Positions 17,362 to 25,519 of a DNA stretch of 64,000 nucleotides are shown here, piece after piece. The DNA is from Pseudomonadales bacterium (GTDB taxonomy: Bacteria; Pseudomonadota; Gammaproteobacteria; Pseudomonadales; JBECKS01): NCBI GenBank assembly GCA_965223975.1, contig OZ245031.1, forward strand, positions 2,772,145 to 2,836,144, written 5' to 3'. A program made the translations under genes and the position numbers. The notes under the pieces were generated by a model. That model saw nothing but the letters and a program-made list of their open reading frames with translations. It was not told where the DNA came from and did not search any database. Each line of letters begins with the position of its first letter. Within the stretch, counting starts at the first letter, position 1.

Positions 17362-18750
17362 CTATTTACTGGTTTTTATATGTTCAGGCTTAGTTAAATA
17401 ACCTTCGTATTTTTTGTCTTTGGAGTGAACCTCATCAAAAGGGTTCTTACCCCGGCCATTTAATTGATTCACTAATAAAGAGCTTTGTGAAAATAGGTAA
17501 ACAACAACATAGGCAAAAGAAACTGAAAACAACAAAGGTAGGGAGGTAGAGAGTTTTCCGGTCATTTCGATCAGAGCAATAATTGCTGCAAAGACAGCTC
17601 CTATTACTGTTGCAACGGTAGCTCCCATACCGGCAACGGCGTAAACTGATATCCCTGATATGGTGATACCGGCACCTTCTACGATTAAGCCAACCGAAGC
17701 ACCCAGCATGGCTCCCATAAATAGGCTGGGGCCAAACACTCCACCATTAAACCCAAAAGCTAAACTAACTATGGTTGCTATAAATTTAAGTACCAATAAA
17801 ATTAAACACAGTTTCAGCGCAATGTTTCCAGCGACAGCCATTTGTGTTTCATAGCCACCTAGACCTAAAACAGATGGGTACATAAAGCCTATTCCCGCTA
17901 AAATGGCGCCACCAATAGCGGGTTTGATTCTGTTGTCGACCCTAACATTTTTAGCAACCCAGCCAGCAGCAAAGGGTAGCGCACGGTTAAAAGCAATCCC
18001 TAGACAAGCACTCAGCAAGCCAATAATTGCAAAAAATATAAACTCATGTGGCGGTATTGTGTCAGGGATGATTTCGCTTGCGATGATAAAATGAACATCC
18101 AACAATTTGGCGCATTCAGAGCCGGTTACGGCGGCGGCTGCAACGGGGATAAATTGATAGATCCGCCACTGTCTTAACACCACTTCTTGTACAAATATTA
18201 CCGCGGCTAATGGAGCCAGAAATGAAGCCGATATAGCTGCAGCAATACCTGCGCAGCTTAGGGTGAGCTTTTCATTGTTGCTCATTTTAAAAAAAGTACC
18301 AATAGCACTTGCAGCGGCTGCGCCTAGGTGTACCGCTGGGCCGTAGCGACCGACGGATGCTCCCGCTCCGATCGAAACGGCGGATATAATGCCGACAGAA
18401 ATACCTTCCTTAACACCGGTTTGTCCTTGGTTGAAATGGACGTCTTCTATGACGTGGGAGAGACCGCGGTTCTGGCGATTTGGCATCAAATAATGAGTAA
18501 GCAGTCCCACAATTAAGCCAAAGACAACGAGGATACCTGCATCCCACAGCGTGAACGAGGCGTTAGCTATACCTTGTTCTTTTGCCAAGTCCGTGAGCGG
18601 GATTGGATGAATATAGAGCGAGGTGTAGTTAATAGCGATTAACAAGCCTTTAGCAGCTACTGCTGCGAGGCAACCTATAAGGATAGACAGTATAACTGTA
18701 CGGGCAATTGCCCAATCAAGATTCTTAAAGCGTTTTCCAGTCTCAGACAT
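17362..18750 (-). CDS. ClC-family voltage-gated chloride channel / H+-Cl- antiporter homologue
   Basis: 462 aa polytopic membrane protein with ClC-type motifs GASVGRYGPAVHLGAA and GFNGGVFGPSLFMGAMLG. Confidence 0.85.
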   Translation of the reverse strand: MSETGKRFKNLDWAIARTVILSILIGCLAAVAAKGLLIAINYTSLYIHPIPLTDLAKEQGIANASFTLWDAGILVVFGLIVGLLTHYLMPNRQNRGLSHVIEDVHFNQGQTGVKEGISVGIISAVSIGAGASVGRYGPAVHLGAAAASAIGTFFKMSNNEKLTLSCAGIAAAISASFLAPLAAVIFVQEVVLRQWRIYQFIPVAAAAVTGSECAKLLDVHFIIASEIIPDTIPPHEFIFFAIIGLLSACLGIAFNRALPFAAGWVAKNVRVDNRIKPAIGGAILAGIGFMYPSVLGLGGYETQMAVAGNIALKLCLILLVLKFIATIVSLAFGFNGGVFGPSLFMGAMLGASVGLIVEGAGITISGISVYAVAGMGATVATVIGAVFAAIIALIEMTGKLSTSLPLLFSVSFAYVVVYLFSQSSLLVNQLNGRGKNPFDEVHSKDKKYEGYLTKPEHIKTSK

Positions 18751-19012
18751 GGGACACCTTCCTTTACGCTCGCTTTAGAGCAGCTCATTATTATTTTATC
18801 TGCAACAGTTAAGTATACTAACGTGTTTAGTTGAATAGGCACAACTCCAAGTAGCCATGTATTGCAGCTACCTCTGCATCAATAAGCTAACCCTAGTTTG
18901 TAGAGGCTTACGAACCGCCACAATCAGCCCTAGAGGATCATCTGAACGTCGATCTATGGGTAACACGATGTTATAGTGCTTGAGTATCATTATATTTAGT
19001 AAGGTTTTTAAA

Positions 19013-19831
19013 ATGAATGACAGTCGAACCTGGATAGCCTCTATTCTATTCCTAGATATTGTGGGCTATAGCAAGCTCCCGATAGACCACCAAGTAGAGA
19101 TCAAAAACCACTTCTTGCAGGCAATCTCAAAGAATACAGAAGGTGTAGCGTTTGAAGAAAGTATTCGAATTGATACGGGTGATGGCATGGCTATCTGCTC
19201 GGTAGGTGATCCCGAGTCTATGTTTCCTGTCGCTAAAGATCTTTGCCACTTTTTCTTTCAGGGCGATCCTAATTTCCCTCATGATTACGGGGTAAGGCTT
19301 GGTCTAAACCTTGGGCCCATTAAGCTTGTAGAAGATATTAATGGCAAAAAGAACTGCCTGGGGGCTGGTATTAATGACGCTCAGCGTGTGATGGATTTTG
19401 CCGCTAGCAACCAATTGCTCGTATCGGAGTCTTATTACGAAGTGGTATCTAAAATTTCCAATAGTTACGCTGAAGACCTTTTGTTGCTAGGAAAGCGTTT
19501 TGATAAGCACGACAAGGAATTTATGGTGTACAGCTTTAAACATGGCGCGCAAGAAGAGCTGCAAGAACCTAGTGAACAACCCCTAAATGCTTCGTTAGGA
19601 GAAGTATCCGACGCAAGTTTTGAGATAGATAGTGGTGTAGAAGATCATTTGAAGAAACAGCTTGCTAGCTGTATCGGTTCTTCAAAAGCTGACGAAGTAT
19701 TTAATCTTTGTAAAAGTAAGAGCAGTTCGTTGAAAGATCTTTGTGATCAGCTTAGCGCAAGTATAGAGCGTTCGGATGATCGAGATAGTTTTGATCAGTT
19801 CACTAAATCTTACGGTTATTCAGGCTACTAG
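19013..19831 (+). CDS. Class III adenylate/guanylate cyclase catalytic-domain protein with an uncharacterised ~90-aa C-terminal tail
   Basis: Cyclase motifs ILFLDIVGYSKL (metal Asp), IRIDTGDGMAIC (second metal Asp), RLGLNLGPIKLV and LGAGINDAQRV (Asn/Arg). The ORF track starts at TTG 18980. I prefer the in-frame ATG at 19013 (MNDSRTWIASILFLDIVGYS). Confidence 0.8.
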   Translation: MNDSRTWIASILFLDIVGYSKLPIDHQVEIKNHFLQAISKNTEGVAFEESIRIDTGDGMAICSVGDPESMFPVAKDLCHFFFQGDPNFPHDYGVRLGLNLGPIKLVEDINGKKNCLGAGINDAQRVMDFAASNQLLVSESYYEVVSKISNSYAEDLLLLGKRFDKHDKEFMVYSFKHGAQEELQEPSEQPLNASLGEVSDASFEIDSGVEDHLKKQLASCIGSSKADEVFNLCKSKSSSLKDLCDQLSASIERSDDRDSFDQFTKSYGYSGY

Positions 19832-20242
19832 GGTCTACTAGTACGGCGATCCTATTTAGGCTGGTGGGGTAGGTTTGAAGTCTAGCGTTAAGCCAGTGTG
19901 CAAATCTTTATAACTGGCGAAAAAAATCTCAGTCAAATCTGCACAAGTTCTTCTGTATGAGTTTTGGTTCTGTTTACGCTTAATCTAAGCACTCAAGAAG
20001 TGGAGGCTTTCTCGCACTACCACGGGTCGCCGCTAGCTTTTTATAGACTCATTTTTGGATCAACACATTCTGTCGCAAAATGCGCAAAATTTTTGAACAA
20101 TATGACATCTTGAGTGCTTTTATTTACCTTGATCAAGCCTTTGTCAGAATAGAAGACAACAAAGGCTCTAAATAGTTGCCGATAAATTAAAAAACTAAGA
20201 GGTCTCAATATAACGCCTTGATAAGAATAAACTTGTCAGTAT

Positions 20243-20398
20243 CTATCTACAAAAACTCTCATCTGTGTTCAGAACGAGAACCCCGAGTATGTTAAAATTT
20301 CCCTGATCTCCGGGGGTTTCACATCCACTACCAACACATGATTGTAGTGAAAGTAATAGAGTGGGCACTAAAAATAATTTAACCGGTATAACTTTCAT
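20243..20398 (-). CDS. Putative 51-aa small lipoprotein (below the ORF-track size cut-off)
   Basis: My own translation: MKVIPVKLFLVPTLLLSLQSCVGSGCETPGDQGNFNILGVLVLNTDESFCR. Signal peptide with lipobox-like LQSC. Strong SD AAAGGAGAG about 5-12 nt upstream. Starts 36 nt after the stop of the 80-aa ORF on the same strand. Confidence 0.4.
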   Translation of the reverse strand: MKVIPVKLFLVPTLLLSLQSCVGSGCETPGDQGNFNILGVLVLNTDESFCR

Positions 20399-20434
20399 TT
20401 CATCTCTCCTTTGAAAAAAAATCCTTTAGTAATT

Positions 20435-20677
20435 TCAGTAAATTAGTTTTGATTGAGCATCTTTGTTCCTATTAGTATCTGAGCTCCAATGGTAGAGCTT
20501 TTGTGCTTCAGCGATGAAACAACTTGCCCTGCAAGCGTTGTTATTTGGCGGATAAGTGGATTCGACAGGCTGAGTTCGAAGTGTTTTAAGATCGGTGCGT
20601 ACTGCTAATGCGAGCGGGTCTGCGCCCTTAAAGGTCATTAATGTTGATAGCGGTATTTCGCAAATAAGTCCTTTCAT
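20435..20677 (-). CDS. Hypothetical 80-aa protein
   Basis: ORF with SD AGGAAG about 8 nt upstream of the ATG. I recognise no family. Sits in an otherwise ORF-free AT-rich kilobase. Confidence 0.4.
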   Translation of the reverse strand: MKGLICEIPLSTLMTFKGADPLALAVRTDLKTLRTQPVESTYPPNNNACRASCFIAEAQKLYHWSSDTNRNKDAQSKLIY

Positions 20678-20905
20678 TTTGTTTCTTCCTGAAACTATGC
20701 TTAAAACAAAGCCCTACCTTGGGATCCTAGTTGTTGTGCTTTACATTGTTAAAAACTATATAGCATAAGCTTTAGGAGTCAAATTAATTCGGTTTTATTT
20801 GTCAGCTTTTTTCTGATAGCGTTTGGCTTTGATAGCATTCCGATAATTTATCGGATAATGACTGTTAATTTATTGCTTAATAGCTACTATTAAAGGCGGG
20901 AGCCT

Positions 20906-22732
20906 TTATTGATATAAAACTAGGCTTAAATCACAGCCTCCAAATTCATTTTGGGACCAGGATATATCGGCGCCTATTTCTTCCGCTCTATACCTCATGT
21001 TAGAAGTACCGGTTCCTCTATCCAAAACTTCTTTGAATTGGCTGCCGTTGTCTTTTAGGAGAATTTCGATTTGATTCTCTTGGACGTTTATATCTAGGAA
21101 AACCTTTGTTGCATCACTGTGTTTTATTGAGTTGGTTAGTCCCTCTCGAATGATTCGTGACAGGTGATAGCCAAGGTTGGGAATGGAGCGCTCTAATAGT
21201 ACTTGGTTTTTTACAATGAGATTTGTTTCAGGTTCAATATGGGCAGTAGTGCACCTGATTTGGGTCTCTTCAAATATTTGTTCAATTATTTTTGAAAGTG
21301 TGGAACTTGTGTTTTTAACTTGCGAAGCCGACTCGCGTAGGTACTCTAGCGCTGATTTGGCTAAGCCCTTGCTGGCTTCCTCATCCTCGGAGTGTAATAT
21401 GGATACGAGCTTTGAACCGACATCGTCGTGAAGATCTTTATAAATTCTTTGTTTCTCTAAGTTTTCAGCTTCCCTGATTTCATATTCTCTTTTTTCGATG
21501 TAGCTTTTTTCTAGTTCTTGTTTATTTTGGGCAACTTTCTCTTCCAGGTGCTTGTTTAAGTATTCAGAATCGGCAAGGGACTTTAAAAATTTATTGATTA
21601 AAAATGCTAAGAAAATAACGACATAGACTGGAATAAGATATCTGGTATAGGTCTCTGTATGATATACGGACTTTCCAAACGATCCTTGGGTGTGGTTAAG
21701 TATATCAATAGAAAGGGTGATGATTACTAAGCCAAGGGCAGAGAGTATCCAGATCCGATGGTTTTGAAACTCTCGTATGTTTTTAAGATAGAAGATAAAG
21801 GTAAAACACAAAGCGAGTATTTTTATTAAAAATATAGCGGGAATGGCCTTTAGAATGAATGAGCTAGGTGATAATAGGATAAAACAGCTGTTGAACGCGG
21901 TAAGAATCATTAGCAACTTGGCAAGTCCCGACAGTCTAAGTTTAAGCCCTAAGTTGGCAAGTATGAATAATAAAAGCGCCGACAGGTCTACACAGATCGT
22001 GGCTAATTTAAAGTAGTATTCGTTACTGAAGGGGGCGTATGAAAAGTACCGCGTGCTCAAGGGCAGGACCCAAGCAGCTGTGAATATTGCGAATACTAGA
22101 TACTCACGCTCTGCTCTGCGGTAGTTCCAAATAAACATTGAGATCATCGAGGCAACTATCGAAACCACAATAGAAATTAGGGCGAACTGTTTGCTGAAGA
22201 GCTTGTGATACTCCCAGGTTGATCTAAATGTTTCGGCATCGCCTAAGTAAAACTGATGCAACAAAGTGGTTGGTATGCCACTGCTTAGGCGTAGAAGAAT
22301 TTCATTGTTACCTGCATTCCAATCGCTTTCGCGTAAATAGATAACCAAAGGTTGATGCCAGCCTGTAGCTTGTTTCCCCAAAGGGGCATGTGTTCCGCCC
22401 ACATGATTGCCATTGAAATATACTTGAAGATCAAATTGAAATTTTGGGAAATATAGTGCCAGCTTTCTGCTTGAGTCTTGCTGGATAAAGATGTGCTTGA
22501 ACCAATAATATTGAGCTTGATCCTCAACGGAATCGTTATTGATCTGAAAGGGGAGGGTGGTGGGTCGCCAAGTCGTATCGTGGCCTGTCAGGAAAGCAGC
22601 GTCGCTTTCTGTCATCAATACATCATTGAATGTCATTGTCGCTGGAGTTGATTTTTGTTCCCCGGATGCAATGATAAAAGTTGATGTTAGAATAAGTTGA
22701 CCAACGATGATGAGTGTTATTAGTATTTTCAT
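20906..22732 (-). CDS. 7TMR-DISM-type sensor histidine kinase (NarL/HisKA_3 class)
   Basis: 608 aa. Signal/TM segment, ~150-aa periplasmic domain, about 7 TM helices, a coiled coil, H-box YKDLHDDVGSKLVSIL, and ATPase motifs REGLTNSIKHSDA, LKDNGSQF, GTGTSNMRYRAEEIGADI. Confidence 0.85.
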   Translation of the reverse strand: MKILITLIIVGQLILTSTFIIASGEQKSTPATMTFNDVLMTESDAAFLTGHDTTWRPTTLPFQINNDSVEDQAQYYWFKHIFIQQDSSRKLALYFPKFQFDLQVYFNGNHVGGTHAPLGKQATGWHQPLVIYLRESDWNAGNNEILLRLSSGIPTTLLHQFYLGDAETFRSTWEYHKLFSKQFALISIVVSIVASMISMFIWNYRRAEREYLVFAIFTAAWVLPLSTRYFSYAPFSNEYYFKLATICVDLSALLLFILANLGLKLRLSGLAKLLMILTAFNSCFILLSPSSFILKAIPAIFLIKILALCFTFIFYLKNIREFQNHRIWILSALGLVIITLSIDILNHTQGSFGKSVYHTETYTRYLIPVYVVIFLAFLINKFLKSLADSEYLNKHLEEKVAQNKQELEKSYIEKREYEIREAENLEKQRIYKDLHDDVGSKLVSILHSEDEEASKGLAKSALEYLRESASQVKNTSSTLSKIIEQIFEETQIRCTTAHIEPETNLIVKNQVLLERSIPNLGYHLSRIIREGLTNSIKHSDATKVFLDINVQENQIEILLKDNGSQFKEVLDRGTGTSNMRYRAEEIGADISWSQNEFGGCDLSLVLYQ

Positions 22733-22759
22733 ACGATATTATTTTTATAATTCTGCTAA

Positions 22760-23416
22760 GTGTTAAGGGTGTTCGCGTTTGTGTCAAATCTTGAAATAGA
22801 TCAAATTTTGTTGCTTGAGGATCGTGAGGAGCTTAGTCGGTGGCTTAAGAAATTGCTTTCTAAAGGTTATCCGCATGCAAAGGTGGTCAATGAAAAAACT
22901 TTAACGGCGGCTACGAAAGCTATTGAAGAACGAGCGTTTAATCTGGCCTTGGTGGACTTAGGGCTGCCTGATGGAACGGGGCTTGAGCTGATTCGAAAAT
23001 TATCTCAACGTCATAAGGATTGCTTTATAGTGGTGGTAACCATTTTTGATGATTCGGATCATCTTTTTGCTGCGCTAAAGGCCGGAGCTCACGGATATTT
23101 GCTTAAAGATGAAAGCGAGGCTGATATGCTCAGTGCCCTTCAGGGAGTCTTGACGAATAAGCCCCCCATCTCACCCCGGATGGCCTTAAAAATGGTGGAG
23201 TACTTTCGTTCAGAGCAAAAGCAAGTCGACCTGTTGAGCGAACGAGAGCGAGAGGTTTTATCTTTGATATCCACTGGTCACAGTGTAAAACAAGCTGCCG
23301 AATTGCTAGGGATCAGCTGGCACACCGTTGGTGATCATGTAAAGAGTCTTTATAAAAAACTGGGAATAAACACTAGAGCACAAGCGGCGCAAGCGGCTAA
23401 AAATATGGGTTTATAG
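22760..23416 (+). CDS. Response regulator, LuxR/NarL family
   Basis: Receiver motifs (ILLLEDRE, LALVDLGLPDGTG, KAGAHGYLLKD) and a LuxR HTH (LSEREREVLSLISTGHSVKQAAELLGISWHTVGDHVKSLYKKLGI). Start uncertain: GTG 22760 in the track, while GTG 22781 gives a more typical N-terminus. Confidence 0.85.
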   Translation: MLRVFAFVSNLEIDQILLLEDREELSRWLKKLLSKGYPHAKVVNEKTLTAATKAIEERAFNLALVDLGLPDGTGLELIRKLSQRHKDCFIVVVTIFDDSDHLFAALKAGAHGYLLKDESEADMLSALQGVLTNKPPISPRMALKMVEYFRSEQKQVDLLSEREREVLSLISTGHSVKQAAELLGISWHTVGDHVKSLYKKLGINTRAQAAQAAKNMGL

Positions 23417-23543
23417 CCTTTTAGTTACAAAATAGCTCCCAAAATACCCGAGTTCTCGGGATACCTAAGTACCAAACGATTCAATATATTTGCTTAAGAA
23501 GTTCTTTTGTCACCGATACAACAAAAAGACCGGAGCTATACCT

Positions 23544-24734
23544 ATGAGTCCTCGACGTTTCATAACCCGCTTAATGGTTATTTCAAGTTTAGTGTTTGCA
23601 TCCCATACCCAGGCTTCTGATCTGGATATTAACGCTATTACCGATGGTTTGGTGCCCAAGGCTTATTCAGCAAATTCGGGTAAAAAGAAAGGGGTTATCG
23701 GTAATATTCGGGGTCACAAAGGTGAGTACTTTGATCGCGACCAGTTCAATAGAGCATTTAGAGAAGGGGCAAGTTCAGCGAACGATGTTGGTTTACCTTT
23801 GGCGAATGGGCGGGAGCTTAAAACTTTAGCTGGATATAAAGAGGCGAGCCTAGATGGGGCTGTGAGCGCTTGGCAATTCTCTATATATGGATGGGATGAG
23901 GATAAGAGTCCGGACACAAATGGCAATATTCAGATTCACCAGGCTGGTGGTGCTATGGCGAACTATGGAAATCGCTATGAGTATGTATTTTTCTTGCCAG
24001 ATATTCCTCAGGAGTTTGTTGATCAAGTAGAAGAAAAGCTTAAAAAATCTAAAAAGTCTCACTCGAAGATATCTAAAGGCGTTGAAGTGAGTTTTCCGCG
24101 CACCGACAGTGGACAGTTATCAGTTAAAGCCACTTTTCAATATAACAAGAAAACCTCTACTGGAAAATTAAAAAAGCAGGTGTCTACTCTCTTGTTAGAA
24201 TCACGAAGTATGTTTAATCGTTATCTGAGTGAGACTCGTCATGTTAAACGGCGATATCTAAATGGAATGCGAAAAACCAAGCATGCCAATCTCGATAAAG
24301 AACAGTTTTTTGAGGTGTTTACGGCACTTTCATTTATCAATAATTTGTCCACTTGGGACACGCCGTCAGAAGAAACCGATCATGGATATGCCGCTTTTGA
24401 TTTCAAGAATAGATCGATTCGGTTTTGGAATTATAAAGATAGTTTTGCGGTGGGTGTTGGTGTCCCCTTTGACAGCTCTTTGAGCGAGGCACAACAAAAG
24501 AAGTTAAAGGAGGGTTGGCTTAAGTGGGGGCAAAAGAAACTTAAGAAAGGTGCCAAATCTGTAACAGTGAAGGATAACGTTCACAATAACTATCGTACCT
24601 TAGTGATGACGGTGACTTACCCACTTGACGGATCACTTAAGGGCAAGCAAATAGAAAAATATATTGATGTTATGCTGCGAGATAAGCGAGAAGACATTGT
24701 TAAAAGTTATAATAAGATAAAGAAGAAACTGTAA
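23544..24734 (+). CDS. Secreted Lys-rich hypothetical protein
   Basis: I prefer ATG 23544 (MSPRRFITRLMVISSLVFASHTQA|SD, a clear signal peptide) over the track start TTG 23490. I recognise no family. Followed by a strong terminator. Confidence 0.7.
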   Translation: MSPRRFITRLMVISSLVFASHTQASDLDINAITDGLVPKAYSANSGKKKGVIGNIRGHKGEYFDRDQFNRAFREGASSANDVGLPLANGRELKTLAGYKEASLDGAVSAWQFSIYGWDEDKSPDTNGNIQIHQAGGAMANYGNRYEYVFFLPDIPQEFVDQVEEKLKKSKKSHSKISKGVEVSFPRTDSGQLSVKATFQYNKKTSTGKLKKQVSTLLLESRSMFNRYLSETRHVKRRYLNGMRKTKHANLDKEQFFEVFTALSFINNLSTWDTPSEETDHGYAAFDFKNRSIRFWNYKDSFAVGVGVPFDSSLSEAQQKKLKEGWLKWGQKKLKKGAKSVTVKDNVHNNYRTLVMTVTYPLDGSLKGKQIEKYIDVMLRDKREDIVKSYNKIKKKL

Positions 24735-24776
24735 TGAATGTTCCACTAAGCACTAGCGAGCATTAAGTGGCAGCAT

Positions 24777-24804
24777 AAAAAAGGCCCAAGCTCGGGCCTT
24801 TTTT
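24777..24804. terminator. Bidirectional rho-independent terminator between convergent genes
   Basis: A6 run, then GGCCC-aagctc-GGGCC stem-loop (24783-24798), then T6 run. A second hairpin AACCCTGA-tgtgggc-TCAGGGTT lies at 24815-24837. Confidence 0.8.
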
Positions 24805-24841
24805 GCTTAATTAGAACCCTGATGTGGGCTCAGGGTTAGCG

Positions 24842-24886
24842 TTAAATTCTATGTCCTTAAATTCTATGTCCTTAAATTCTATGTCC
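24842..24886. repeat. Perfect 15-bp tandem repeat x3 (TTAAATTCTATGTCC). It covers the stop codon and last four codons of the minus-strand lipoprotein gene
   Basis: Read directly. Units at 24842-24856, 24857-24871 and 24872-24886. On the minus strand each unit reads GGACATAGAATTTAA, which is G-H-R-I-stop. Confidence 0.9.
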
Positions 24887-25210
24887 TTTGTCTTTGAGGC
24901 ACTGTTCTAGGTCCGTTCTATCGAATTTTCCCGCATCTAGCTTAGGGTTATTTTGAATCTCTTTTTCAGCCTGGTTGTGACCGATCGCTCCACCTATGAC
25001 TGCTCCAGGTAGGCCTGCAACTACCGCTCCTGCACCTACACCAATAAGAACTGGAGGTTGGACTCTTTTTTGCTGGGATCGACACATGTCTAGATCATGT
25101 TGAAACTCAGACTGAAGCCCTTTAGGTGCTATCTGGGCACCTTTTACTTGGTAGTTTTGACACCCTTGAAACAGCAGTAAACTTGCAAAGGAAAGAACCA
25201 GTAGACGCAT
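24872..25210 (-). CDS. Small lipoprotein with a glycine-zipper segment
   Basis: 112 aa. Signal peptide with lipobox LLLFQGC. Glycine zipper IGVGAGAVVAGLPGAVIGGAIG. Confidence 0.75.
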   Translation of the reverse strand: MRLLVLSFASLLLFQGCQNYQVKGAQIAPKGLQSEFQHDLDMCRSQQKRVQPPVLIGVGAGAVVAGLPGAVIGGAIGHNQAEKEIQNNPKLDAGKFDRTDLEQCLKDKGHRI

Positions 25211-25519
25211 TTTTATTCCTCATTTTGATATTGAACAGTAACTTGCGGAATATTAGACAAGGCCAACGAGCAATTCAATACCTGGCCTAGTGGCTTCTAT
25301 AGTGCTAGTTATTAATGCTGGCTATGCGCCGATAAATATTGTTTTTTGAGGTATTTTGAAAAACCAAGGTTCATATAGGTATCCTGGGCATGGATTTGAC
25401 CTTGGGAATCGGAAAGCAAAAAGGAGTCAAAATGGGGCATTTTTTGGTTTTGACCACTTTAGTCTGGGTTAAATTTGTTTATACTGATACGCCTGTTAAT
25501 TTGAAGTAGGTAGCCTCTA

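Noticed and set aside
20080-20175. 31-codon plus-strand ORF (MRKIFEQYDILSAFIYLDQAFVRIEDNKGSK) in the AT-rich spacer
   Set aside because: It has no Shine-Dalgarno sequence, and an ORF of this length is expected by chance. It may be a gene remnant, but I cannot support it.
20279-20318. Imperfect hairpin AACCCCGAG...CTCCGGGGGTT, considered as a terminator or riboswitch stem
   Set aside because: It has mismatches and a ~22-nt loop with no flanking T-run. It falls inside the putative 51-aa lipoprotein ORF, where it encodes ETPGDQGNFNILGV.
18980-20677. Reading the small class III cyclase as part of a Pycsar/CBASS-like antiphage system
   Set aside because: No adjacent gene encodes a cyclic-nucleotide-binding, TIR, TM-effector, nuclease or similar domain. 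The downstream DNA is non-coding apart from two tiny ORFs on the opposite strand. Kept only as an open question in the findings.
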